A DNA stretch of 63,247 nucleotides, counting the filler, from Saprolegnia diclina VS20 (taxonomy: Eukaryota), in NCBI RefSeq assembly GCF_000281045.1. It is 3 parts of one record of this genome, joined end to end, with 100 filler letters (N's around TTAATTAATTAA, not from the genome) between each part and the next. Parts side by side here need not be neighbours in the genome. Positions count along the whole stretch, not along the records: positions 1 to 20,617 come from NW_008246071.1; 2 more parts are not named here. One strand, 5' to 3'. This document shows, in pieces, positions 1 to 11,460 of this stretch. Numbering within the stretch: the stretch's first letter is position 1; every line of letters starts with the position of its first letter. Under the pieces are notes generated by a model. It was not told the origin of the DNA and ran no database searches. It saw only the letters and a list, made by a program, of their open reading frames with translations. The position numbers and the translations under genes are program-made.

Positions 1-189
1 TCGTTCAACCACGATAGAAGGTCAGCTTTCGAAGGACATGGCGATGGGACGACGCAAGGGAATCCTTGGGACGAAGGGACGATGAGACGATGGGACGTCA
101 TTCGAAAGTCGATCTTCTCTTCTTCGCTTTTATTAGGCACGTTTGTTAGTTCCCCACAGTTTATGCGGTACTAGTACTCGTCGCGATGC

Positions 190-412
190 TCTTAGCCCCG
201 ATCCAACCTACGGCGAGATCCTCTTCGGACGTCGGTACTGTCCCTACCATGGCATTGTGCAATACCTTACTAGTGTAGATTCCGCATGTCCAGTGCAATG
301 TTTCGCAGAATCGTCGGCTACTTCGAGAGCGACAGTTTTTGCGCAGCGACGCGACAGAGCTGGCCGTCTCGGGGCGTCACCGGAGCAGAAGATCACGTTC
401 GCTTTGCGTATG
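190..412 (+). mobile_element. Degenerate PIF/Harbinger transposase N-terminal fragment
   Basis: Splicing a 44-nt GT-AG intron (235-278) and allowing one frameshift near 340 gives SPDPTYGEILFGRRFRMSSAMFRRIV..SF/AQRRDRAGRLGASPEQKITFALRM. This resembles the Harbinger motif FRRRFRM...F.QR.DA.G..G.SP.QK...ALRMLAYG (from memory). It is truncated before LAYG and has no DDE core. Confidence 0.75.
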
Positions 413-581
413 GAACGCGACCATTGTTTGCTCGCGGCGCTTGCGCTTCGCGAAACGCAGCCACCCCAAGACCCGCCCAAGCGCCCTCCGCTTGATGCAC
501 CGGCCATGCCTCACGAGTGCAGTAGGAGGTCCACCATCTTCATCTTTATAATTGCATGTTCATAACTCATTTCAACATCAG

Positions 582-733
582 TGTGGCGTGTCGATCTCGC
601 TCGTCGGGAGTGTCAAGAGATTCGTACGAGCCGATTCCTTCTCCTCGACACGTGGTACGCTCCCATGACAAACTGACGACATGCGCAGCTTCAACGATTC
701 TAGTTCAGCGTCCATGTGGGCGACCGTTTGGGG
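582..733 (+). repeat. Dispersed repeat (exon-intron-exon fragment), second copy at about 13699-13842
   Basis: tgtggcgtg.cgatctcgctcgtcgg...gattcgtacgagccgattccttctcctcgacacgtg...gacaaactgacgaca.gcgcagcttcaacga occurs at both sites and contains a GTACGAG...CTGAC...GCAG intron. Confidence 0.85.
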
Positions 734-739
734 GGATTT

Positions 740-2041
740 GCCGATGCCGCCGTCTTCTAAATCGCCCGGCCCTGCGGTCGCACCGATGGCAGGGGCGACG
801 CCCGTGCATTACGTCAACTCGACTCCGCCAACGTCGTTTGTGCCGTCCAACTCGATACCGCTGCTGCTGCGTACGCCGATCAGAGCCACGACGCCTCAGT
901 CGCTGCCGCCGCGCACGCCTCAGTCGATGCCGCCGCCTCATCGGGAGGCCGTGTCAAGCGACCTCGACGACGATCTGCCCGGCCCCTTGCCGCTCTCGCA
1001 GAGCACGGGGTCGAGTACGTCTTCACAAGAAATCAACGTGCCGCTGTCGGCGCGCAGTCCTGTGCCGATGAGCGTGCGTGCCTCGGAACCGCCGACTCCG
1101 CACCAGCGCCTCCGGCGCCAGCGACGCTAGAGACGCTGCAGGCGGCCATGACGGCGTCCGAAAAGAAGATCATGGCCTCCACCGAGGCTCGATTCAATCG
1201 CATGGGCAAGGAAGTCCAGGCGATTCGTCGCCTGGTCGACGGCGGCGGCATTGAGGAGCAAATCGATCGCGTTTCGCTCGACGAGCGCCCCGACAGCAAC
1301 AATGTCGTGCAGCGAGAGGCTGCCACGGACATACTCCAAACCTTCTTGGCCGGCATGAAGGCTTCGTTGGCCGACAACGAGGCCAAGGTCAACATTGTTG
1401 CGATCCGCCATAATTTGGCCGACGTCGCGTCACGCGCCGCCATACTCGAGCGCCCGGACGGCGTTTCCCAGGAGCTCGAGGCCGCGCGTCGTGCGACAGC
1501 GAAAACGATTCTCGAGGTGCGTCCACTTTGAGTTCATCAATGTCTCATATACATTTTATAGTCCAAGCGCCTTAAGATGCTGACGTCGTTCATCATTTCC
1601 GAGCACCGCATCGACCCCGACAATCCCGTGCTTCATGAGCCGTCCCAAAAGTGCCTGGCCGGCGAATGCGACGGGTTTCTCTACATTGTCGACGAGCGAA
1701 CGGGTTTGCCTGTGCTCATGGACTCCGACATTTACCCGATGCCGCTCCCGATGCGTTGCGAGGAGCGCCTCAAACTCATCTGCAGCCTTCTGGTTCCGTG
1801 CGAGTACGGCGTCAAGTTCATGAAGGCGGCCAAAACGGTGGCGGACGTGGTGCCAGTGCCTGGTCTTTTACTGGCGGTTCCCATCATGGAGAAAGTGCTC
1901 AGTGGCCTCAAGATGGCAGTGAAGGGATTGAACTTGGCCAAGGAGGCTCTCAGTACTACTTTGGTCGAATTCGTGCGAAAGGGAGACCCCAAAGGCAACT
2001 TTCACGGCGTCGTGCAGCACGCGCGCGACGACGGCTCAGTC
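740..2041 (+). pseudogene. Uncharacterised coiled-coil family, copy A (5'-truncated, frameshifted, ends in a foldback)
   Basis: Highly similar to 14813-16250 (-). Has a 1-bp deletion near 1098 and two small deletions near 1420-1440. Intron 1517-1561 joins ...ILE to SKRLKMLTSFIISEHRIDP in frame. Confidence 0.85.
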
Positions 2042-2396
2042 TTTTATGGCGGCGCCCAGATGACTGAGCCGTTGTCGCGCGCGTGCTGCACGACGCCGTG
2101 AAAGTTGCCTTTGGGGTCTCCCTTTCGCACGAATTCGACCAAAGTAGTACTGAGAGCCTCCTTGGCCAAGTTCAATCCCTTCACTGCCATCTTGAGGCCA
2201 CTGAGCACTTTCTCCATGATGGGAACCGCCAGTAAAAGACCAGGCACTGGCACCACGTCCGCCACCGTTTTGGCCGCCTTCATGAACTTGACGCCGTACT
2301 CGCACGGAACCAGAAGGCTGCAGATGAGTTTGAGGCGCTCCTCGCAACGCATCGGGAGCGGCATCGGGTAAATGTCGGAGTCCGTGAGCACAGGCA
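1707..2396. repeat. Long inverted repeat: 335-bp arms (1707-2041, 2062-2396), 20-nt spacer
   Basis: The arms are reverse complements with two mismatches seen. The ORF track shows mirror ORFs 1732..1998(-) and 2105..2371(+) with identical translation. Confidence 0.95.
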
Positions 2397-2542
2397 TATT
2401 GGGAGCGGAGCTTTGCTACAGACGATGCAAAACAGCGTGGGTGACGGCAGTACAACCACGTGCCACATATAACGCAATGAAGATTGAAGGAGCGTCCAAA
2501 AAACGAGAAACATACCCACGTAGTATTGATACGATCAGTGAT

Positions 2543-4481
2543 TTACACATGTAGGTACGCTTGCGTGATGCAGCACGTTGCCAAGTAGAAGAGCGGGAGC
2601 ACCAAGTTGTCGATCTGGCACGTCACCGCCTCGAGTGCGGTCGTGAGCCACGTGCTCCAGAGAAACCCGAGAAAGACCTATTCACATCTCAGACATCTTG
2701 TCCATTTTTTAATAGAGAATAATGTAGTACTGGAGTCGCCCATGGGTGCGCAGACGGCACTGCCGCGTACGCAAAGAGCACCATCGAGAGAAACACCGCG
2801 ACGCTTCCTTCCAACGTTTTCGTTCCGCACACTTTGGTGCGGCCAACGCTCGAGCCGACGACCGCGCCCTAGACCGCCATATTGATTCTTGCCATAAAGA
2901 AAATACGTACCATGGCATCGCCAATCCCCAAGGCAAGAACACCCGTGTTGGCCAGGAGCACGGACGACGCATCAGGGCAGAGCCAGCTCGGAAGCGCGCA
3001 GCCCAGCAAGAGGTACGTGTGGCTCAGCACAATGCGTCCGTCGTCGCGGTGGTCCAAGTACGCGCGCATGAAAGCTGCAATCGGACGGCCGATGGGCGGC
3101 ACGGACAGCGCTCGAACGCACTCGATGATGAAGAAGAGACCAATCGCGATCGCGTAGCTGAGGCGGAGGAGGTCCATCTAAACACATATAGAGCTTGATC
3201 ATAAAGACTATGAAGAGCTAAAGTGTTTACATCGAGAAGGCTGGCGGGTAGGAACAAGGCGACAGCGAGAAAGTGGTAGAGTTTACGGGCGACGATCTGC
3301 CGGAGGCCGAGGGTCGATGCGATCCACGGACACAAAGGTACGACGACGCCAAGGAGCACCGCCCAATATGCAAGGACGCGGACAGCGCTGGGCGACGAGA
3401 TGCGTGCAAAAAGCCAGAGAAGAGTCGACTCGCGCAAGAGGTATGAGCTCCAAACAAGAAACACGACGCCCACAGTTGCGACCAGACCGCCAAAGAGAAG
3501 CGTCGGACGCAGCGGCAAGGGCGGCGACGGCGTCAGGGGCAACGGCGCACCATACTGTCGAAAGAGCGGCGTGCAGAGGACGCCAAGCGCAACGCCCGAG
3601 ACGAGCACGAGCTGAATGACAATTGTCGTTGGCTCGTGGACGGGAATTTTGGCGTCAAAGCGTGCCATCTACAAGAAATCATAGTAAAATGGGTCGTCCA
3701 CGGGACGTCCATACCGACTGCAGCGTGTAGAAAACACTGTCGACAAAAAGTAGGGACATGCCCTGCGAGAGCACCATGGCTTCGCCAAACGTAAAGGACC
3801 GCGGAAGGGCCCCGAGGCCGGAGCTCAAAAGAAGGTTGTAGACGGCCAAGGTCGCGTGGAGCTGCCACACATACGTTCCTACGCCAAACACAAGGGAAAG
3901 CTCACATGATATCGCAGTGAAATGACATACCATAGTCGGAGGGCAGCAGCAGCGACAGGCTCTGTACGAGCACCGGCTCCCAGAGAGCTGTGGGCGACAG
4001 CGACCACGGCGCGCGAGCTCCGAGACGCACGAGCGTCGAGAGAGCCAACGCCATGACGTAGACCAGCAGCACAAGCGCATACGCTACACGCACTCCAGTC
4101 AGTTGATGTACGCAGCGATATGAAGGTACCATCGAGCGTCGAGGTCTCGGCAAAGGCGACGAGGAGCCGGCTGCAACCCACAAGCGGCAGCAACACGGCG
4201 CCGACGAGGATACCGGTATCGTTTTCAGGCCTACACGCACGTATCGATACGAATTGAGCAAGATGGAAGGAATACCGAGTGCGAGCGATGGTGTGGAGAG
4301 GTAGGTAGACATGCGCACGCATCGTTGCGACGGTGCCGGCGACGAGCATGGCCATGAGGCAAGCGAGGAGAGGCTGCAGCTGCGGCAGCGCATCGAGCAC
4401 GCGCAGATGGAATGAGGCTGCGTAGAGCCATGCGATGGCGACGCCAAAGATGGAGGCCTCGACGGCGACGCGGGCCTGCAT
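2543..4481 (-). CDS. DOLK: Dolichol kinase (multi-exon)
   Basis: Motifs SFTFGEA, VARKLYHF, YLDHRDDG.IVLSHTYLLLGCALP, LGIGDAM, KTLEGS and LEAVTCQIDNLVLP across GT-AG-bounded exons. Confidence 0.92.
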
Positions 4482-4954
4482 CGTGCGCAGCAGAGGCGGA
4501 ATCGGGCTGTTGATGCAACAGCGCGTCGCTTCATTGCCCCGAGCACGCAATATGCGGATGCCTGGCAGAATATCCGGATACGTTTGGAATTGCGCACATG
4601 GTGCTTCGATTTTGGCTTCGAACTACGCCAACAGCGCCTGGCGCTATTTGCACCGTCCTTAAAGGCGTACAGCCAAACCTTGCATGATGCGACGTACGTT
4701 GTAGAAGCCAAGAGAGCGGCTGTGCATCGACGGATAGCTATGCATCACAATATTGCGCCCAGCAGATCAGACAACGTGTTGGTTTTCTCTCGATCCGCGA
4801 CCGCATCGCTAGAGTGCGTGCGAATAGCCAAACGATTTAGATGGCGAAAGCGCAGTGCAAACTTCGATATATTATTTTAAAATAATGTATTTTATGGCGT
4901 GGGCGACCACGTCAGCCAAACACAAGCGAAAGAGGAAGTCGTCGAAGCAGCAGC

Positions 4955-6475
4955 ATGGTCCTCGCGGAGCTCGGGACGAAGATCCAGTCGGCGCTCGTGC
5001 GTCTCAGCAGCACGTCGACCGTCGACGACGAGACGCTCAACATGGTCCTCAAGGAGATCTGCGGCGCGCTCCTCGAGTCCGACGTCAACGTGCGCCTCGT
5101 GCAGCAGCTGCGCACCAAGGTCAAGGCCGCCATGGACCTCAAGGACGGCGTGGCCGCCAACCGCCCAAACATCATCCAGAAGGCAGTCTTTGACGCGCTC
5201 GTGTCGATGCTCGAGCCGCAGACGGCGCCGTACAAGATGAAGAAGGGCCAGTCCAACGTCGTCATGTTTGTGGGTCTCCAAGGCTCGGGCAAGACGACGA
5301 CGATCGCCAAGTACGCACATTATTACCGGGGCAAGGGCTGGAAGACGTGCATGGTGTGCGCCGATACGTTCCGCGCCGGTGCTTTCGATCAGCTCAAGCA
5401 GAACGCAACGAAGCTGCAGGTCCCGTTCTACGGCAGCTACACGGAGGCCGATCCTGTGCGCATTGCGCAGGAAGGTGTTGCGCAGTTCCGCGCCGAGCAC
5501 TACGAGATCATCATCGTCGATACGAGTGGTCGCCACAAGCAAGAGTCGGACCTCTTTGCCGAGATGCAGGAAGTCTACGACGTCGTGAGCCCCGACGACG
5601 TTGTCTTTGTCATGGACTCGACGATCGGCCAGGCCGTCCATGACCAAGCGACCGCGTTCAAGGACGCGGTGCCCGTCGGTAGCGTCATCATCACGAAGCT
5701 CGATGGCCATGCCAAGGGCGGTGGTGCCATGAGTGCAGTCGCGGCCACTGACGCAGCGATCACGTTTTACGGTACCGGCGAGCACTTTGCGGATTTCGAG
5801 CCGTTCAACGCGTCGTCGTTTGTGAGTCGGCTCCTCGGGCGCGGTGACATCAAGGGCCTCATGGAAGAAGTCAAGGCGAGTGGCATGCTCGACAACCAAG
5901 AGGAGATGGTCAAGAAGTTCCAGAAGGGCATCTTTACGCTCCGCGACATGTACAACCAGTTTCAGTCGGTCATGAAGATGGGCCCGCTCTCCAAGGTCAT
6001 GGAGATGATCCCGGGCATGTCGGGAATGCTCGGCAACATGCTCAAGGGCGGCGGCGAGGAAGGCGGGACTCGCATGCTCAAGCGCTTCCTCTACATGATG
6101 GACAGCATGACGGCCGCCGAGCTCGACGGCGTCGTGCAGTTGACGCCCGAGCGCCAGCTGCGCGTCGCCAAGGGCTCGGGCTGCAAGCCGGCCGAAGTCG
6201 ACTTTCTCCTCAAGATGCACAAGCAGTTTGCCGGCGTCGTCCAGCGCATGGGCAAGAGCGGCTTGATGAAGGGCGGCGACGCGGCGATGGCCAAGCAAAT
6301 GGAGCGCAACCCGAACGCGGTCATGCAGCAGCTGAGCAAGGCGATGGACCCGCGCATGATGGCGCAGATGGGCGGCCCCCAAGGCATGATGAAGATGATG
6401 AAGCAGATGCAAGGCATGGACCCAAGCCAGCTGGGCGGACTCATGGGCGGCTTTCCCGGTATGCCCAGCTTTTAA
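4955..6475 (+). CDS. SRP54: Signal recognition particle 54 kDa subunit
   Basis: MVLAELG start, GLQGSGKTTT, DTFRAGA, DTSGRH, TKLDGHAKGGG and a Met-rich M domain. Confidence 0.98.
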   Translation: MVLAELGTKIQSALVRLSSTSTVDDETLNMVLKEICGALLESDVNVRLVQQLRTKVKAAMDLKDGVAANRPNIIQKAVFDALVSMLEPQTAPYKMKKGQSNVVMFVGLQGSGKTTTIAKYAHYYRGKGWKTCMVCADTFRAGAFDQLKQNATKLQVPFYGSYTEADPVRIAQEGVAQFRAEHYEIIIVDTSGRHKQESDLFAEMQEVYDVVSPDDVVFVMDSTIGQAVHDQATAFKDAVPVGSVIITKLDGHAKGGGAMSAVAATDAAITFYGTGEHFADFEPFNASSFVSRLLGRGDIKGLMEEVKASGMLDNQEEMVKKFQKGIFTLRDMYNQFQSVMKMGPLSKVMEMIPGMSGMLGNMLKGGGEEGGTRMLKRFLYMMDSMTAAELDGVVQLTPERQLRVAKGSGCKPAEVDFLLKMHKQFAGVVQRMGKSGLMKGGDAAMAKQMERNPNAVMQQLSKAMDPRMMAQMGGPQGMMKMMKQMQGMDPSQLGGLMGGFPGMPSF

Positions 6476-6947
6476 GAGGAGTCAATAGATTTGCTATGTA
6501 ATGCGTTGCCTGGAAATTGTGTTTGAGTTTTGGCTCGTTGGGGATTGACTGCGACTAGAGTGTTATAACTGCATTAACGAGTCCTGTAACATGCACAGGT
6601 TGTCGTGCGAGAGGGTCCTGAGAGTTGTCGACCAGCGAAAGATCGCGCGCGGCAAATTCCCGTGTCACGCGTGGCCCGATACTGAAACGAAATACAGCGC
6701 AGAGCGTGGGCCACAGGTCGCTTTGAGTTTCATTTGAGTGTCCGCGCCACAGTATTTTATTGTATGTCACCTTTCTTCTCTCATTTTACAAGCTATTTAT
6801 TTAAAATACCAATGGATACGAACTCAACGCGAATCTCGCGAAACTCAATTCAGTGGCATCCAAAATGGAAGTTTGCTCAAAGTTGGAGCGGAAGCCCAGG
6901 ACCACCACTGGCACCGTGCGCGGGACCCTCGACTCCGAAGAACCACC

Positions 6948-8702
6948 ATGAGCGCCATGTACGACATCGACGACTATACCTACGATGAGGATGCAGTCCA
7001 GATGTCGGTGACCAAAGGACAGGTACGAGACGCGTCCAGGAGCCCACGCCCACTCATGCTGCCGAACATTAGCGACGACGTGGTGCCAAGCCCGTGCCCG
7101 AGCCGCGCGGCGGCGACCGGCGCAAGCGCCAAGGCGGCGTCTCAGCCAACCATCTTCTCAACTTTTCGCTGCCCGAGCGCGAAGAGAAGGCGGTCGCGAT
7201 GCGCAAGAAGAAGGCGCCGCCGCCGCGCACGCGCGACGAGTTCCTCCACGCCAAGTACACTGCGTTGCTTGAGTCCTGAGCTCATCGATCGTGTAGCTAC
7301 CGCTTTGTGGTCGCGCCGCTTGCGAGCGAGAAGGCCGCGAACGTCCTCTTTGACCCCGAGGCGCTCGCCGCATGTACGCATCATCATTCTTTCGCCAGCT
7401 CGAAAGTTGACGCGCCTTCCGTCATTAGGGGACAACGTCGAGCAAGTCATCGTGAATAACGAGCAGGCGGAGGCCGACCGGCGCTGCCCGATCTGCCTCG
7501 ATACGCTGCGCGCGCCAAAGATCACGCGCTGCGGCCACACGTTCTGGTACGATCTGCGTGCTTTGTCAAGCGTGGCTCAGTCGCGGCTGCGTAGCTGGAG
7601 CTGCATTTTGATGTACCTTTCGCTCAGCGAAAACTACTGGCGGCGGTGCCCCATGTGCTTTGACTCGGTCAAGAAGACGGACTTGCGCAGCGTCCTCGTG
7701 GACCGCGAGCGCAGCATGCCCAGCGTGAACCGCGCCGCGACGTTTGCGCTTTTGCATCGCTCCAAGGGCAGCTGGTTCCCGCATTTGCCGACGACTGCCT
7801 CCCGAAGCGGCGTGCCCTCCGTGCACAGCGACGACGGGCGCTTTAGCCGGATCCTCGAAGCGTCGGCTTCGTACCTGCGCGAGATGGTCGAAGGCGAGCT
7901 CCTCGACCTGCAGCGGCTCTACGTCGAGGCCGAGAGCAGTGGCGAGCGCAACATGCTGCCCGTGATCCAAGAAGGGATCACGTTTTGCGAGAAGCAGCTC
8001 GAGAAGCAAGCCTCGGCGTCAATCGCATCTGCGTCCATCACGACCAGTGACGACGACGCGTCCGAGCTCTATACGTTTTACCAGCTCGCGAGCGGCCACA
8101 CGGTGTTTCTCCACCCTATCACGATGCGCTGTTTGACCAAGGAGTTTGGTGACGCGCTCCCGTCGTCTCTCAGCGGCAAGGTCCTCGAGCTCGAGCACGT
8201 GGTCATGAACGACGATGCGCGCAAGCGGTTCCGGTTCCTTAGCCACCTCCCAGGCCTCGGCGACTTTTACCTCGCCGAGATTGAGCTCAAGGACACTGTC
8301 TCGCCCGAGACGCTGCTGCACTTTCAGAGCGACCTCAAGAAGCGGGCCCGGGCGCGCCAAGCCAAGAAGCGCGCCGAGGTGCACGAAGAACGCAAGCGCC
8401 TCGACGCTGTCGACGCGCGGCTCGTCAACCTCACGCTCGAGAACGAGATGCTGTGGCCAGCGCCGCAGCCGACGATGCTCTTGTCATCGGCTTCGTTTCA
8501 CGCGTCGGACTTTGCGCTGGACGACGCGAGTGCGTTCCCGAGTGAGCTCTCGCCGGACGTTCCTGCCGCCGCCGCGTACGCAGAGCCTGCGGCATCGTGT
8601 TGGGTGACGCCGGCCGTGAGCACGGCCAACATGAAGTTCAAGAAGACGACCAAGAAGGGCACGTCGCTCTTCTCGACGTCGCAGCGCCGCAACTACCGAT
8701 AG
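6948..8702 (+). CDS. RNF10: RING finger protein 10-like E3 ligase (about 4 introns in the 5' half)
   Basis: SANHLLNF motif, FLHA./YRFVV, C3HC4 RING CPICLD..ITRCGHTF/WSCIL..CPMC, FYQ..SG..VFLHP and RFRFLSHLP. Confidence 0.88.
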   Translation: MSAMYDIDDYTYDEDAVQMSVTKGQVRDASRSPRPLMLPNISDDVVPSPCPSRAAATGASAKAASQPTIFSTFRCPSAKRRRSRCARRRRRRRARATSSSTPSTLRCLSPELIDRVATALWSRRLRARRPRTSSLTPRRSPHVRIIILSPARKLTRLPSLGDNVEQVIVNNEQAEADRRCPICLDTLRAPKITRCGHTFWYDLRALSSVAQSRLRSWSCILMYLSLSENYWRRCPMCFDSVKKTDLRSVLVDRERSMPSVNRAATFALLHRSKGSWFPHLPTTASRSGVPSVHSDDGRFSRILEASASYLREMVEGELLDLQRLYVEAESSGERNMLPVIQEGITFCEKQLEKQASASIASASITTSDDDASELYTFYQLASGHTVFLHPITMRCLTKEFGDALPSSLSGKVLELEHVVMNDDARKRFRFLSHLPGLGDFYLAEIELKDTVSPETLLHFQSDLKKRARARQAKKRAEVHEERKRLDAVDARLVNLTLENEMLWPAPQPTMLLSSASFHASDFALDDASAFPSELSPDVPAAAAYAEPAASCWVTPAVSTANMKFKKTTKKGTSLFSTSQRRNYR

Positions 8703-9399
8703 CTTCGGCTCGAGGAAAGAGCCCATTTCAGCGCACTTGTAAGAAGCCGATACATATCATTCCAAATGCAACGTGATGGGAACCAGTTCGCCAACGGTGT
8801 GAGAAGTGTGCAGAAAAGTCGCTGAGCAGCGGAAAAATGGTGGACGTCGGGTGGAACACAGGGGTTATATTATAACGTTGCGACGCTTGCGGTTGACTCG
8901 ATGGAAATACGTGTCCTCGTACATGCATAGAGCATGCGCTGTACCATTAGAGCCATGGTGGCAGCGTCCAATAGTCCTGGCGGAGCATTTGCTCGGAAGA
9001 CTCACACTATCGCCGCAGCCAGTAGCTCGCCCATCCGCGAGCTTCTTCGCTTATACAAACATTTCTGTTCTGGGTCGATGAATGCATGCGCCGTCAAATC
9101 AAAACCAAGAGTCGTTTGCTACTACATACAGAACACACACGAACGCGTACAGTCGCAAGCCAAAGGTCCATAGTCGTAGCTGCAGCTCGAAGCTCGGGTC
9201 CGCAGCACCCGGGTCAAACTGTTCCAACGTTAGTCAAAACTCGGTGTCTGAATGGTAGACGACGACGATCTGGATACATCACGTTCTCGAGGTCGCAGTC
9301 GCCGTGGAGAGATGCCCTGGAGAGCTGTCCTGGAGTAGCGTCTCAGGCGGCACGGTTGTCCTATCATCGCGAGGCAAATTTTGGAAAGCCCAGGAGGTG

Positions 9400-9740
9400 G
9401 CTTCCGAGCTGGAACCAATTGCGTCGTTCTTGGCCACGCCGCATTGCAGCTCGCGTTGGAAAGTGATAGTGAGTAGCTCGTGTGATCCAAAACCATATGA
9501 CACGATGGAACATCATCAATGATTGCCCAACAGCGGACGCCAACCACGTTTCGATCCCACCGAGTGCCTTCCAAAGTGCCCAGAGCCACTCGGGACATGG
9601 ACAACCCAGCAAGATACATGCAGTGTCTGACCAAGAAAGTTCTCATGATGGGCTAAACAAAGGACACGCCACGCGTCTGAAGCTACTCCCAACGTCCCTC
9701 TCCGTCTCATCTGAGAATCGGGAAAAAAGATGCAGGCGTC
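9400..9740 (-). mobile_element. Possible degenerate non-LTR (LINE) ORF2 C-terminal zinc-binding region
   Basis: The minus frame, with a stop, reads LPRRLHLF...ACPLFSPS*ELSWSDTACILLGCPCPEWLWALWK...HRVIWFWITR. This loosely matches CP.C...ET..H.L..CP...LW...W..W..R. Motif-level only. Confidence 0.3.
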
Positions 9741-10029
9741 GTGGCAACGGTGTTGATGACGACGACGCGCCCATGGTGACTGTCGGCTGCGCTGTTGGGA
9801 ATCGTTGCTGATGGGCCACTGCAAGATCGTTCCACCCAAAGCACCGAGAACCCTTCGCGCCAATCTCTCCTGCCAACTTCAACGTGCATTTTAATATTAA
9901 TATTCCACAAGTTGCGAATGGTTGCCTACGACAACCAAGGTGTCATACATAAAATAATTTTATGATTCGCAGCATTTTATACGATTCCTCGCTGCAAGGC
10001 AGCCTCGTGTCGTCATTTGAGATTCGACC

Positions 10030-11460
10030 ATGGTGAAACGCAAGCTCGAGCAAGACGGAAGCCTCGCCCAAGCGACCGAGATCGTCCTCGATGCGTTCAT
10101 CAACACCAACGTACCGCGGGCCATCCTCAAGGAAGTCTTCGCGAAGTTCTACCGCGAGGATGCCAACGGACACTGGGTGATGCATCACGGCGAGCTGTCA
10201 GAGGTCCAAGCCGCGGCCTGGACGCCGCTCCGTGACCACTTGAACGCGCTGCAGGGCGAAGATGCAGCGGCAGCCTTGCCGCTGCTGCAAGCCATCTTTG
10301 CCCTAAAGGAAACAACATTCCACAATACGTACGTACGGCTTTCTTGCTCATTTGGTGCTCATGATATCGTCTCGACGCGTAGGGTTAGACAATCTCGAAA
10401 GAGACGCCAAGCTGGGAAGCCAGCGACTCCAGCGTCACCCAAGCCAAAGCGTGCGGTGCCATCGCAACAGAAGATTTTGGACTTCAATGTCCAAGCGTCG
10501 CCAAAGCCGGCTGCAGCGACACTGCCGCCGTCTTTTGTGTCGCCCAGCACCGCGACGGCTCCGACGACGTACGTGCTCCCGACCAGCTCGACGCCGGCAG
10601 CGGCAATGCCGTCGGCACCCCTCCAACCGTCGCCGTTCTTCAAACCGCCTCTGGCCCCACGGACGCCATTTACGCCGGTCTCATCGACTGGGACAAGCTA
10701 CCTCGACGACGACCAGCCGATCAACCGCTTGTCGAGCGTCTCGTCACAAGAAACCAACATGACGCTGTCGGCGCGCAATTCCGTGCCGGTGAGCGCACGC
10801 ACCTCGGTACCACCGGCTACTCCCGCGCCAGCGCCTCCGCCGCCAGCGACGCTGGATTCTCTGCAGGCGACCACGGGCTCTCTGCAGGCGACCATGGACT
10901 CTCTGCAGGCGACCATGAACATGTTGGTGGCCGCCGTGAAGGACATCAAGGCCGACTCCGCTCTCCACACCAAGAACGTATTTCGCCTGGACTTGCAAAT
11001 CCAGGCGATTCGTCGCCGGGTCGACGGCGGCGGCATTGAGGAGCCGAGCGAGCACCCCGACGGCAATCTTGTCGTGCGGCAAGAGGTTGCCACGTTGTCC
11101 GCTCTCACGGACGCTCTCAGCGCATACACGGCCAACATGACGACCTTGTCGGCCGACCGCATGGCCGAGGTCGACTTGACTCCGATGCGCCAGGTGTTTG
11201 CCGACTTTACGGACCAATTCCACGCAGCCGATGCCGTGACGCAAGCGGCTTTGACGCGTCAGGACGTCGCAGCTCGAGACGTGCGCGCCGAGATTCTTGA
11301 GCGCTTGGACGATTTGTCCGGCGAGTTCTTGGCCGCGCGTCGTGCTACAGCGACAACGATTCTCGAGGTGCGTCCACTTTGAGCTCCACTTTGAGCCCAT
11401 CAATGTCTCATGTACATTTTATAGTCCAAGCGCCGCCGCCACGGACCGGCGAGCGAATGA
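10030..11460 (+). CDS. Uncharacterised coiled-coil family, copy B (intact N-terminus, lacks the C-terminal module)
   Basis: Open frame with likely introns 10329-10382 and 11368-11424. After the second intron it reads SKRRRHGPASE* rather than SKRL...PTSFI. Shares IRRRVDGGGIEE and ARRATA.TILE with copies A and C. INR-like TCATTTGAGATTC lies just upstream. Confidence 0.75.

Noticed and set aside
6556..6590. TAGAGTGTTATAACTGCATTAACG, similar to the hAT end at 16705
   Set aside because: Short, imperfect match with no partner end or target-site duplication.
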